A DNA stretch of 64,000 bases, taken from NCBI RefSeq assembly GCF_021246445.1, contig NZ_JAJQXW010000001.1:868001-932000 (forward strand), in the 5' to 3' direction. The notes beneath the pieces were generated by a model. That model ran no database searches. It saw only the letters and a list, made by a program, of their open reading frames with translations, and was not told the origin of the DNA. Numbering within the stretch: the stretch's first letter is position 1; each line of letters starts with the position of its first letter. This document shows, in pieces, positions 19,007 to 30,736 of this stretch. This stretch comes from Rhabdothermincola salaria (lineage in GTDB: Bacteria; Actinomycetota; Acidimicrobiia; Acidimicrobiales; Acidimicrobilacustridaceae). A program made the position numbers and the translations under genes.

Positions 19007-20440
19007 ATGCCCCGCCGCACGAAGATCATCGCCACCATCGGTCCCGCCTCCGACGACGAGAAGACCCTGCGCGGCATGATCGATGCGGGCATGGACATCG
19101 CCCGCATCGGCTTGGCCCACGAGACCCTCGAGCTGGCCCTCGATCGCTACCACCGCATCCGCAAGGTCGCCGAGGAGTCCGGCAAGCCGATCGGCATCCT
19201 CGCCGACCTGCCCGGGCCCAAGGTCCGCGCCGGGCGCATGCCCAGCGAGGGCCTCCACCTCACCGACGGCATGGTCGTGTCGCTCACCCCGGGGCGCAGC
19301 GACAGCACCCCCGAGGTCATCCAGGTCGACTACGACGAGCTGCTCACCGACATCCACGACGGAGACCTGCTCACCTTCGGCGACGGCGCCGTGCAGGCCC
19401 AGTGCCTCGGACGCAAGGGCGACCTCCTCGAGGTGCGCATCATCCACGGCGGCCTCGTCAAGGGGCGTCCCGGCATCCACATCCCCTCGGACCGCCTCCG
19501 CATCCCCACCCCGACCCCCGAGGACTTCCGGTTGGCCGATGCGTTCGTCGACGCCGGCGTGGACATGTTGGCCCTGTCGTTCGTCCGCTCAGCCCACGAC
19601 GTGCGCCGCATCGGCACCGAGCCCTACCCGCGGGGTCCGCTCGTGGTGGCCAAGATCGAGACCCGGGCGGCGGTGGAGAACCTCGATTCCATCATCGAGG
19701 CATCCGGGGCGGTCATGGTCGCCCGTGGCGACCTCGGCTCGGAGTTCCCGATCGAGGAGCTGCCCCACCTCCAGAAGGAGATCATCCGCCGCTGCATCAC
19801 GGTCGGCCGCCCGGTCATCACGGCCACGCAGATGCTGGAGTCGATGGTGCAGGCCCCCAGCCCGACACGAGCCGAGGCCTCCGACGTGGCCAACGCCGTC
19901 TTCGACGGCTCGTCGACGCTCATGCTCTCCGGCGAGACCGCCATCGGTGTCGACCCCATCCACGTGGTGGGCATGATGTCGCGCATCGCCGCCCGAGCCG
20001 ACGAGGAGTTCGACTACCCCGGCTGGTCCCAGGGGCTCGCCGAACTGCACCTCGACCCCACCGACGTGGTCGAGGACTCGATCACCGACGCCATGACCTC
20101 GGCGGCCCACCGGGCGGCCAACGGGGTGGGGGCCAAGGCCATCATCTGCCTGTCGCGCAGCGGGTTCACCGTGCGCTCCATCGCCCGGTTCCGACCCCAG
20201 GCGAAGATCCTCGGGTTCTCCACCGACCCTCGCACGGTGAACCAGCTCTCGATGAGCTGGGGCACCAAGCCCTACCACCTCGAGGGCGGTCTGCTCACCG
20301 AGGAGCTCGTGCCCGAGGCCATCGACCACGCTGTCGCCGAGGGCGACGTGCACTCGGGCGACGTGGTCGTGGTCCTCGCCGGCTCGGGCATCCACAAGGG
20401 CCGCGTCACCGACACGGTCAGGATCGTGCGCATCCCCTGA
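19007..20440 (+). CDS. pyk: Pyruvate kinase
   Basis: RRTKIIATIGP, AKIE, MVARGDLG, ATQMLESM, MLSGETA. Confidence 0.97.
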   Translation: MPRRTKIIATIGPASDDEKTLRGMIDAGMDIARIGLAHETLELALDRYHRIRKVAEESGKPIGILADLPGPKVRAGRMPSEGLHLTDGMVVSLTPGRSDSTPEVIQVDYDELLTDIHDGDLLTFGDGAVQAQCLGRKGDLLEVRIIHGGLVKGRPGIHIPSDRLRIPTPTPEDFRLADAFVDAGVDMLALSFVRSAHDVRRIGTEPYPRGPLVVAKIETRAAVENLDSIIEASGAVMVARGDLGSEFPIEELPHLQKEIIRRCITVGRPVITATQMLESMVQAPSPTRAEASDVANAVFDGSSTLMLSGETAIGVDPIHVVGMMSRIAARADEEFDYPGWSQGLAELHLDPTDVVEDSITDAMTSAAHRAANGVGAKAIICLSRSGFTVRSIARFRPQAKILGFSTDPRTVNQLSMSWGTKPYHLEGGLLTEELVPEAIDHAVAEGDVHSGDVVVVLAGSGIHKGRVTDTVRIVRIP

Positions 20441-20660
20441 CCGTCGCAGCCCTGCCGGCAGTCACCGGGGCTCCCCGGTGCCTCAGGCGGCGTCGGCCGT
20501 CCTCGCCGCGGACGCCGGGAGGACGGCTGCGGAGCGCAACACGAAGGTGACCCCTCCGGCGAACGCAGAGGTCCCGGCGATCAGGACCAGGGTCCTTTCA
20601 CCTGGTCGTCGCCCGCAGGCCGAGGTCTGGTCACCGACCGCTCTGGGCCACCATGGCGGG

Positions 20661-21449
20661 GTGGAACAGCTCACCATCCGCGGCCTCGCCGTGAGCCACC
20701 AACGGGTCGCCGGGGCAGATCGGGTCGTCCTGGTCCACGGCACCATGGATCGGGCCAGCTCGCTGCGCAAGGTGGTCCGCCGCCTTCCCGACCTCGACTG
20801 CACGGTGTACGACCGGCGGGGCTACGGCGGGTCGATCGACGCCGGCACCGCCGACACGATCACGGCTCACGTCGACGATCTGCTCGCCGTGGTGGGAGAC
20901 GTGCCCGCGGTCGTGTTCGGGCACAGCCTCGGCGGCGTGGTGGCCCTGGCCGCCGCCGCCCGACGGCCCGACGTGGTCCCGGCCGTGGTGGCCTACGAGG
21001 CCCCGCTGTCCTGGGTGTCGTGGTGGCCTCGCAGCAGTGCCGGGAGTCGCGCCGTCCACGACCACGGCGACGACCCCGGTGGGGCAGCCGAGGCGTTCAT
21101 GCGGCGCATGATCGGCGACGAGCTCTGGCAGCGGCTGCCCGCCCGCACCCGCGCCGCCCGCCGCGCCGAAGGACCGGCCCTGCTCGCCGAGATGGCCGCC
21201 TTGCGCACCGCCGCGGCGCCGTTCCGCCCCGACGACGTGCACGTGCCGGTGGTGGTGGCCCGAGGCACCGAGTCGGCCGCCCACCACCGGCGGGGCGCCG
21301 AGGAGCTGGCCGCCGTCCTGCCCGACGCCGTGCTGGTCGATCTCGACGGGGCCGGCCACGGCGCTCACCTGACCCACCCCGGTGCGGTCGCCGACCTCAT
21401 CCACCGGGCGGTTCCGCGGCCGGCGATCACTAGGCTCGCCCCATCATGA
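20661..21449 (+). CDS. Alpha/beta hydrolase
   Basis: VLVHG, YDRRGYG, GHSLGG nucleophile elbow, C-terminal GAGH. Confidence 0.88.
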   Translation: MEQLTIRGLAVSHQRVAGADRVVLVHGTMDRASSLRKVVRRLPDLDCTVYDRRGYGGSIDAGTADTITAHVDDLLAVVGDVPAVVFGHSLGGVVALAAAARRPDVVPAVVAYEAPLSWVSWWPRSSAGSRAVHDHGDDPGGAAEAFMRRMIGDELWQRLPARTRAARRAEGPALLAEMAALRTAAAPFRPDDVHVPVVVARGTESAAHHRRGAEELAAVLPDAVLVDLDGAGHGAHLTHPGAVADLIHRAVPRPAITRLAPS

Positions 21450-21901
21450 GCGACACGACACCGGTCAACCTCTCCGCCTCCGGACCACCCGAGACGGTGC
21501 TTCCCACCGAGGGCGCGGAGGTCCGCCGACGCCTCGACGAGGCGGTCGCCGCCGGCGAGGACCAGCGTCGAGCGGAGGTGGCCGCGATCGTGGCCGACCA
21601 CCCGCGCTGGAGCGAGGCGTGGGCCACCCTCGGAGACCTCGGCCGCGACCCCGTCGAGCGCTATGCCGCCTACCGGGTGGGCTACCACCGGGGACTCGAC
21701 GCCCTCCGGGCCAACGGGTGGCGCGGGTCGGGCTACGTGCGCTGGCAGCACCCGTCCAACCGTGGCTTCCTCCGGTCGCTCGCCGGGCTGGCCGCGCAGG
21801 CCGCCGTCATCGGCGAGGACGACGAAGCCGAACGGTGCGAGCTCTTCCTGCGCCAGCTCGACCCGAGCTGGCCCCCTTCCGGGACCCCGGACGGACGGTA
21901 G
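21446..21901 (+). CDS. DUF3151 family protein
   Basis: YAAYRVGYHRGLDALRANGWRGSG..NRGFLR. Confidence 0.85.
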   Translation: MSDTTPVNLSASGPPETVLPTEGAEVRRRLDEAVAAGEDQRRAEVAAIVADHPRWSEAWATLGDLGRDPVERYAAYRVGYHRGLDALRANGWRGSGYVRWQHPSNRGFLRSLAGLAAQAAVIGEDDEAERCELFLRQLDPSWPPSGTPDGR

Positions 21902-21912
21902 GGTCCTGCGTC

Positions 21913-22668
21913 GTGCTCGACGCTCCCACCACCTTCGCCGACGCCCTCCCGACCCTCGATGGCATCGAGGGCTGGCTCACCGACGACCAGGCCCGCCGAC
22001 TCTGGGACAGCGCCCGCCGGCTGCAGCCGGGCGCGCGAGCAGTGGAGATCGGCAGCTTCCGGGGCCGCTCCACGGTCATCACCGCTCTCGGCCTGCCCGA
22101 CACCGCCCGGCTGGTGGCCATCGACCCGCACGCGGGCAACGACCGGGGTCCCCAGGAGATCGAGGGCAAGGAGGCCGAGGCCGAGACCGACCACACGGTG
22201 TTCCTGGCCAACCTCGAGCGCGCCGGCGTACGGGGCCGGGTCGACTACGTGCGCCAGTTCTCCGACGCGGCCCACGACGCGGTCGAGGGCGACATCGACC
22301 TGCTCTACATCGACGGGGCCCACCGGTTCGCGCCGGCCCGCGACGACATCGTCACGTGGGGCGCACGAGTCGTACCGGGCGGCACCATGTTGATCCACGA
22401 CTCGTTCAGCTCCATCGGCGTGACGCTCGCCTTGCTGGCGACGCTCGCACCGTCGGACCAGTGGCAGTACGTGGGGCGCTCGGGCTCCATGGCCGAGTAC
22501 CGCAAGGTGCCGCTCGCGGCCGACCAGCGCCGCCGCTCGGCCCTGGCCCAGGCGGCCCAGCTCCCGTGGTTCGCCAGCAACGTGGTCATCAAGGTGCTGA
22601 TCCAGGCTCGTCTGCGCCCCGTGGCCCGGGCCCTGGGCTTCCCCGACGACAAGCCCTGGCCCTTCTAG
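21913..22668 (+). CDS. Class I SAM-dependent methyltransferase (Methyltransf_24-like)
   Basis: VEIGSFRGRST, IDLLYIDGAH, PGG..HD; TAGGGT 8 nt before GTG. Confidence 0.85.
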   Translation: MLDAPTTFADALPTLDGIEGWLTDDQARRLWDSARRLQPGARAVEIGSFRGRSTVITALGLPDTARLVAIDPHAGNDRGPQEIEGKEAEAETDHTVFLANLERAGVRGRVDYVRQFSDAAHDAVEGDIDLLYIDGAHRFAPARDDIVTWGARVVPGGTMLIHDSFSSIGVTLALLATLAPSDQWQYVGRSGSMAEYRKVPLAADQRRRSALAQAAQLPWFASNVVIKVLIQARLRPVARALGFPDDKPWPF

Positions 22669-22709
22669 TGGTGCGTCGTCGAATCGGGGTGGGAGGATAG
22701 AACCTGCCG

Positions 22710-24014
22710 ATGCAGTTCGGCGACGGATCACCAGGGGGAGGACGACCCGTGGCCGAGCCAGCCTCGTTCCCCGCGAGGGGCCAACCGACCGAAGAGCTGC
22801 TCGAGGCGATCCGCGAGCTGCGGGCCGACGATGCCGACTGGCGGGGAGGCCGGGCCTTCAGCCTCGTCTACAACGCCGACGACGCCGAGCTCGAGACCCT
22901 CCACGACGCCGTCGGTTCGATGTTCCTGGCCGAGAACGCCCTGAACCCCTTCGCCTTCCCCAGCCTGCGCCGCATGGAGGCCGAGGTGGTGGCCATGGCC
23001 TCCGCCCTGGTCCACCTCGAGGGAGGCGACGGTTCGATGTCGTCGGGCGGCACCGAGAGCATCTTCCTGGCCGTGCACACCGCCCGTGAGGCCGCCCGGG
23101 CGCGCGGGGTCGAGAACCCGAGCGTCCTCACCGCCGCCACGGCGCACCCTGCCTTCGCCAAGGCCTGCCACTACCTCGGGCTCGACCACCTCCGCACCCC
23201 CCACGGTCCGGACGGTCGCGCCGACCCCGCCGCCATGATCGACGCGCTCGACGAGCGCTGCGCCCTCGTCGTGGCGTCCGCCCCCTGCTATCCGTTCGGC
23301 GTGATCGACCCGGTGGCCGACCTGGCGGCCGCGGCCGCCGACCGGGGCGTGCCGTGCCATGTCGACGCCTGCCTCGGCGGCTGGCTGCTCCCGTTCTGGG
23401 AGGAGATCGGCGAACGCGTCCCCCCGTGGGACTTCCGGGTCCCCGGGGTGACGTCGCTCTCCGCCGACATCCACAAGTACGGCTACGCCTTCAAGGGCGC
23501 GTCGGTCGTGCTCTACCGCGACCCGGCAATGATGCGCCGGCAGTGGTTCCTCTACGACGACTGGCCCGGCGGGCTCTACGGGTCACCCACCGCGGCGGGC
23601 ACGCGGCCGGCGGCGCCCATCGCCGGGGCATGGGCCACCATCCGCCACCTCGGGCGAACCGGCTACCAGGCCAAGGCCCGCGTCGTGCGCGACACCACCC
23701 TTCGCTTCCGCAACGGCATCGGCGCCATCGACGGCCTCGAGGTGCGCCACCGGCCCGACCTCTCGCTGTTCGAGTTCGGCGCGGCCGCAGACGGCGACGG
23801 TCGACCCGTCCTCGACATCGCCGGGGTGGCCGACGTCATGGACGACCGGGGGTGGGGCCTCGATCGCCAGGAAGGGGGGCTGCACCTGATGGTGTCGCCG
23901 TACCACGCCCACGTCGTCGACCGCTTCCTGGCCGACCTCGCCGACGCCGTGGCCCACCACGACGCCAGCCGGGGGAGGGCGTCGACCTACGGCGGCGCCC
24001 CACCTGCACCGTGA
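22710..24014 (+). CDS. PLP-dependent group II decarboxylase, sphingosine-1-phosphate lyase-like
   Basis: SGGTES, AHPAFAKA, HVDACLGG, SADIHKYGY (PLP Lys); start may be GTG 22749. Confidence 0.82.
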   Translation: MQFGDGSPGGGRPVAEPASFPARGQPTEELLEAIRELRADDADWRGGRAFSLVYNADDAELETLHDAVGSMFLAENALNPFAFPSLRRMEAEVVAMASALVHLEGGDGSMSSGGTESIFLAVHTAREAARARGVENPSVLTAATAHPAFAKACHYLGLDHLRTPHGPDGRADPAAMIDALDERCALVVASAPCYPFGVIDPVADLAAAAADRGVPCHVDACLGGWLLPFWEEIGERVPPWDFRVPGVTSLSADIHKYGYAFKGASVVLYRDPAMMRRQWFLYDDWPGGLYGSPTAAGTRPAAPIAGAWATIRHLGRTGYQAKARVVRDTTLRFRNGIGAIDGLEVRHRPDLSLFEFGAAADGDGRPVLDIAGVADVMDDRGWGLDRQEGGLHLMVSPYHAHVVDRFLADLADAVAHHDASRGRASTYGGAPPAP

Positions 24015-24667
24015 CACCGTGGGTGGGGGCGGTGCTCACGGGTGGCGCATCCCGCCGGATGGGACGCGACAAGGCGCTGCTGCGGGTACGCGGCCGGTCC
24101 CTGGCCGCCGTCGCCGCCGACGCGCTGGCCGACGCCGGTGCGATCGAGGTGCTGCTCATCGGCGGAGACGGTGCCGCGCTCGCCGACGCCGCGCCGGGGG
24201 CCCGACCGGTCGCCGACCAGCACCCGGGCGAAGGGCCCCTCGGGGGCATCCTCACCGCCTTCGACGCGGTGGCGGCCACCGACGCCCCCGCGGACCTCGT
24301 CGCCGTCGTCGCCTGCGACATGCCCCGGCTCGACGCCGGCACGATCGGCGCACTCGTCGAGGCCGCCACCGCCGACCCGACCCTGGCGGTCGCCGCGGCC
24401 CTGGTCGAGGGACGCCCCCAACCGCTCACTGCGGTGTGGCGACCGTCGCAGGCCGGTGCCGTCCTGCGGGCGGCGTTCGCCGCCGGCGAGCGCGCGCCCC
24501 GTCGCCTGCTCCCGAAGCTGGCGCTGGTGGGTGTCGAGGGTCTCGACGACGCCGTCGGCGATGTCGACAGCCCCCAGGACCTGGCCCGCTACGCTGACGA
24601 CCTCGGCCACGATCCCTCTCGGGGCTCATCGGGCCGTGATCTCTTGTTCCCTGACGAGGCCCTGTGA
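24011..24667 (+). CDS. mobA: Molybdenum cofactor guanylyltransferase
   Basis: VLTGGASRRMGRDKA, GPLGGI, ACDMP, DVDSPQDL. Confidence 0.88.
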   Translation: MTPWVGAVLTGGASRRMGRDKALLRVRGRSLAAVAADALADAGAIEVLLIGGDGAALADAAPGARPVADQHPGEGPLGGILTAFDAVAATDAPADLVAVVACDMPRLDAGTIGALVEAATADPTLAVAAALVEGRPQPLTAVWRPSQAGAVLRAAFAAGERAPRRLLPKLALVGVEGLDDAVGDVDSPQDLARYADDLGHDPSRGSSGRDLLFPDEAL

Positions 24668-24725
24668 CCCACGATCGACCGCAACCCGACCGGGCACCGA
24701 CGACCGCCCGTCCGTCGCCCGGACG

Positions 24726-25898
24726 TTGACCGCTCCGGTGGCCTCCCATCGCATCGTCGACACCGACGCCCAGCTACGGGCCGTCATCGACGCACTGCTC
24801 GACCAGCCCGAGTACGCCCTCGACACCGAGTTCCACCGCGAGCGCACCTACTACCCGAAGCTCGCCCTCATGCAGCTGGCCTGGCCCGGTGAGCTCGTCC
24901 TCGTCGACCCGCTCGCCGTCGACCTGGCGCCGTTCGCCGAGGTCCTCGACAGTGCGGCCACGGCCGTGCTGCACGCCGCCGACCAGGATCTCGAAGTGCT
25001 CGAACTGGCCTGCGGCACCGTGCCCTCGACCCTCTTCGACACGCAGTTGGCCGCCGGCTTCGTCGGGATGAGCACCCCCTCGCTGGCCTCGCTGTACGAG
25101 CGGATCGTCGACGTGCGCGTCGGCAAAGCCGATCGCCTCACCGACTGGCTGCACCGGCCCCTCACCGACGAGCAGCTGGCCTACGCGGCCAACGACGTCG
25201 CCCACCTGCTGGAGGTCGAGCACCGGCTCCTCGACGACCTCGAGCGTCGAGGCCGACGCCAGTGGGCGCTCGACGAGTGCGCCGCCGCCCTCGCCCGCAC
25301 GCGCGGCCAGCGCGACCCCGAGGAGGCCTGGCGGCGCATCAAGGAGGCCCGTCAGCTCAAGGGGCGGGCTCGTTCCGTCGCCCAGGCGGTCGCCGCCTGG
25401 CGGGAGCGGCGCGCCGCCAGCCTCGACATCCCGGTGCGCTACGTCCTGGCCGACATGGCCGTGGTCGGCATCGCCCAACGGCCCCCGTCCAACCGCAAGG
25501 ACCTCGAGCGCATCCGCGGCCTCGACCGGGGTCTGCGCGACGACGCCGTCGAGAGCCTCCTGGCCGCCGTCCGAGCCGGCACCGACCGGCCGGCACCGGT
25601 CGCCGACGAGCCGAGCAACGGCCCCCTCGATCGCGACCTGCGCCCGGCGGTCGCCCTGGTCTCGGCGTGGGTGTCCCAGCTGGCCCGAGACCTCGAGCTC
25701 GATACCACGCTGCTCGCCACCAGAGCCGACCTCGAGGCCCTCCTGCGCGGCGATGTCGACGCTCGTCTGGCCCAGGGCTGGCGCAACGACATCGTCGGCG
25801 AGCCCATCCGCCGTCTCGTCCAGGGCGAGGCGGCGCTGGCCTTCGCCGGTGGCGGCGAGCTGGTCATCGAGGAGCGCTCCCACCGACCGGTGGGGTGA
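24726..25898 (+). CDS. rnd: Ribonuclease D (DEDD exonuclease plus HRDC)
   Basis: DTEFHRERTY, FDTQLAA, TDW..RPL..YAANDV; start approximate. Confidence 0.92.
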   Translation: MTAPVASHRIVDTDAQLRAVIDALLDQPEYALDTEFHRERTYYPKLALMQLAWPGELVLVDPLAVDLAPFAEVLDSAATAVLHAADQDLEVLELACGTVPSTLFDTQLAAGFVGMSTPSLASLYERIVDVRVGKADRLTDWLHRPLTDEQLAYAANDVAHLLEVEHRLLDDLERRGRRQWALDECAAALARTRGQRDPEEAWRRIKEARQLKGRARSVAQAVAAWRERRAASLDIPVRYVLADMAVVGIAQRPPSNRKDLERIRGLDRGLRDDAVESLLAAVRAGTDRPAPVADEPSNGPLDRDLRPAVALVSAWVSQLARDLELDTTLLATRADLEALLRGDVDARLAQGWRNDIVGEPIRRLVQGEAALAFAGGGELVIEERSHRPVG

Positions 25899-25901
25899 CG
25901 C

Positions 25902-27458
25902 TCAGCCGGGTCGCAGCACCACGGCCTGGTCCGGGGCCAGAGCACCGGTGAACGCGGCGCCCTCCCCGAGGCCGTCGGAGGCCACCTCGATCGTCGTGTG
26001 GGCACTGGCCGCCAGGGCCTCGGTGCCCTCCAGCCTCACCACGGCGTCGGTGAAGTTGACCACGACCACGCGACGATCGCCGGCCGGCGTCTGGCGTGTC
26101 CAGGCCACGACGCCCTCCGGCGCGGCGAGCATGTGCTGAGCGCCGAGCTGCAGCGCCTCGGAGCCACGACGGGCGGCGAGGAGCCGGCGGTAGAGGTGCA
26201 GGATCGAGTGGGGGTCGGCCTTCTCGTCGGCGACGCTGCGGGTCTGGGCCTCGGGTGCGAACGGGAGCCAGGGCTCGCCCGGCCACCCGTGGCCGAGGGT
26301 GGGCTCCCACGGGATCGGGGCCCGGCACCCGTCGCGACCCCCGGGATCGACCACCCGATCGGCGGGCACCTCCGCATCGAGCAGGCCGAGCTCTTCGCCG
26401 GCGTACAGGAACGGCGTGCCCCGCAGGCCCAGGAGGAGCACGGCGGCCGCCCGGGCCCGCCCCTCGTCGCCGTCGTAGCGGGTCCGGTGGCGCGGGTTGT
26501 CGTGGTTCGACAGCACCCACGTCGGCCAGGCCGACAGGGGCTCGAGCTCGGCCACGGTCTTGTCGATCTGGGCTCGCCACTGGGTGGCGTCCCAGGGGGT
26601 GAACAACGGCGGGAAGTTGAACGACAGGTGCAGCTCGTCGTCGTCGCCGTAGTACGGCGCCACCAGCGCCGTGTCGAGCAGGTACACTTCGCCCACGATC
26701 ATGCGGTCGCCGGGGTAGGCGTCGAGCAGGGTGCGGATGCGGCGCAAGAGTGGATGCGTCTCGGGTCGATCGTTCAGCGCAGAGTGGGGGATCGGCAGGT
26801 ACTCCGGGGGATCGTCGGCCAGCTCGGGGTCCTTGCCGATGAGGTGGGTGACGTCCATGCGGAAGCCGTCCACGCCCCGGTCCAACCAGAAGCGCAACAC
26901 GTCGTGCATGGCGGCCTCGACCTCGGGGTTGGACCAGTCGAGATCGGGCTGCTCGGGCAGGAAGCAGTGCAGGTAGTACTGGCCGCTCGCCTCGTCGTAG
27001 GTCCAGGCCGGCTCGGGGGCGAAGGCCGCCACCCAGTTGTTGGGCGGGCCGCCGTCGGGGGCCGGGTCCCGCCAGACGTACCAGTCGCGCTTGGCACTGG
27101 TGCGCCCCTGACGGGACTCGACGAACCACCGATGGTGGTCCGAGGTGTGGTTGGGCACCCAGTCGACGATCACCTTGATGCCGGACGCGTGGGCATCGGC
27201 CACGAGGGCGTCGAAGTCGTCCAGCGTCCCGAAGACCGGGTCCACGTCGCAGTGGTCGGCGACGTCGTAGCCGAAGTCCGCCATGGGGGAGCGGTAGAAC
27301 GGGGACAGCCAGATGGCGTCCACCCCGAGCCACACGAGGTGCTCGAGGTGGGCCCGCACGCCGGCCAGGTCGCCCACCCCGTCACCGTTGGTGTCGGCGA
27401 AGGAACGGGGGTAGATCTGGTAGACGACTGCGCTCTTCCACCACGGTTCGGTGCTCAC
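25902..27458 (-). CDS. GH13 alpha-glucosidase
   Basis: YQIYPRSF, DWVPNHTS, DGFRMD, VGE, SNHD. Confidence 0.92.
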   Translation of the reverse strand: MSTEPWWKSAVVYQIYPRSFADTNGDGVGDLAGVRAHLEHLVWLGVDAIWLSPFYRSPMADFGYDVADHCDVDPVFGTLDDFDALVADAHASGIKVIVDWVPNHTSDHHRWFVESRQGRTSAKRDWYVWRDPAPDGGPPNNWVAAFAPEPAWTYDEASGQYYLHCFLPEQPDLDWSNPEVEAAMHDVLRFWLDRGVDGFRMDVTHLIGKDPELADDPPEYLPIPHSALNDRPETHPLLRRIRTLLDAYPGDRMIVGEVYLLDTALVAPYYGDDDELHLSFNFPPLFTPWDATQWRAQIDKTVAELEPLSAWPTWVLSNHDNPRHRTRYDGDEGRARAAAVLLLGLRGTPFLYAGEELGLLDAEVPADRVVDPGGRDGCRAPIPWEPTLGHGWPGEPWLPFAPEAQTRSVADEKADPHSILHLYRRLLAARRGSEALQLGAQHMLAAPEGVVAWTRQTPAGDRRVVVVNFTDAVVRLEGTEALAASAHTTIEVASDGLGEGAAFTGALAPDQAVVLRPG

Positions 27459-27552
27459 CGGCCCGATCCTACGGTCGAGGGGATGTACCGGGGACCACCT
27501 TCGGGCCCGGTACACTCGCGGACCTTACGTACATCAGGACGGGAGCTGGCCC

Positions 27553-27738
27553 GTGAAAAAGGGGCGACATCGGCGCTTCGAAGAAGCCCGAGCACTCAAG
27601 CGCACCAACGACGATCTCGACGCCATCCTCGATGCGCGCGATGCCGAGCCCTGTCCGGAGTGCGGCGCGGACCCGGGTCACGACCACGCCTCGTGGTGCA
27701 TGTACGAGCGAGAGGTGGACCAGGGCTCGTCCTGGTGA
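27553..27738 (+). CDS. Small putative zinc-binding protein (61 aa)
   Basis: TACACT -10 at 27511, [20 protein letters not shown] motif. Confidence 0.6.
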   Translation: MKKGRHRRFEEARALKRTNDDLDAILDARDAEPCPECGADPGHDHASWCMYEREVDQGSSW

Positions 27739-27873
27739 CATCGGTCACGCCTCGACCACCGAGGCGTGATCGTGGGGACGTCGCCCGTCGAGGCCGAGGT
27801 CTCCACGGGCTCTGGCACCCCGGCACCCCGGTAGGATCGTCCCTTCGTCCAATTGCGAAGTGAGCCTCCCCCC

Positions 27874-29694
<1,821 letters not shown>

Positions 29695-29703
29695 CCGGCG
29701 CGG

Positions 29704-30735
29704 TCAGCGCCGGGGCGTGGTGGCGAGCTCCACCGCCCGGGCGACCGCCACGTCGAGGTCGGCGTCGTCCATGATGACCATGGTCGGTCGACCGCCGCTG
29801 CGCCCGGCCAGCTCGATCTCGGCTCGGGCCCGGTCCGGGTCGTGCAGGCGGGCGGGGACGTCGACGAGGAGGCGCCCGATGGTGATGCCCGAGACCGTCG
29901 CGTGGTCCCCGAGACGCCGGTTGTGGTGGTACTGCACGGGACCGGCGAACAACGCCCCCCGTTCCACCCGGAGCTCGGGGAGGCGGCGCCCACCCCGCTC
30001 GAGGCGACGGATGATCTCCACCACGACCCGGTGCTGGGCCCGGGTGCGCTGGTCGCGCCAGGCCGCGATGACGGCGGCGCTCAACGGCTCGGCCGCCCGG
30101 TCGAGCACCGCCAGCGCGGGCTCGTAGGTTCCGCGGTGCTTGCCCGATCGGGTGCGGCGCAGGGCCCGAGGCCCGGGACGACGCCGTGACACACCGCTCA
30201 ACGACGGGTGGTCGAGCCACCGCTTCGCCTCGTTGCCGGCCCGCCGGGCGGCGTCGAGGAGTGGGTCGCTCGACGGGCTCCGGACGTGCTCGGTGGCGGC
30301 TCGGGCGCCCTCGACGACCGTGGTGAGACCGGCGACGAGCACCTGGTTCTCGTCGATGTCGTAGGCCCGGGTCGGGGTGGCGCACACGAAGAGGTCGCGG
30401 TCGCCGAAGCTCGACGCCCGCGCCGACATGGTCTCGCTCCACTGGACCGGACCCCGCAGCTCGCCGATGCAGCGTTCGTTGTGGGACTGCAACGAGGTGG
30501 CCAGCGAGCGGATGTTGCGCGACATCGATCCGAGCAGCTCCTGGGCCTCGGCACCGGTGGCCAGGGCCGAGCCGACGATCTGACCGACCGCGACCTGGCC
30601 CATGCCCGTGAGGGCGGCAGTGGTGGCGATCACGTCGAAGGGCTTGGCCAGGCGGTCGTAGAGGTCGACGAAGGCCTCGTCGGGCGGTTCGGGGACCTCG
30701 TCGGCGTTCACCGCCGAACCGGGCACGGCCGGCAT
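29704..30735 (-). CDS. McrC-like protein (N-terminal McrC/DUF2357-type region, no clear nuclease motif)
   Basis: GELRGPVQWSET..R..FVC..RAYDIDENQVL resembles the McrC N-terminal module; starts 1 nt after the McrB-like stop. Confidence 0.6.
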   Translation of the reverse strand: MPAVPGSAVNADEVPEPPDEAFVDLYDRLAKPFDVIATTAALTGMGQVAVGQIVGSALATGAEAQELLGSMSRNIRSLATSLQSHNERCIGELRGPVQWSETMSARASSFGDRDLFVCATPTRAYDIDENQVLVAGLTTVVEGARAATEHVRSPSSDPLLDAARRAGNEAKRWLDHPSLSGVSRRRPGPRALRRTRSGKHRGTYEPALAVLDRAAEPLSAAVIAAWRDQRTRAQHRVVVEIIRRLERGGRRLPELRVERGALFAGPVQYHHNRRLGDHATVSGITIGRLLVDVPARLHDPDRARAEIELAGRSGGRPTMVIMDDADLDVAVARAVELATTPRR

Positions 30736-30736
30736 C

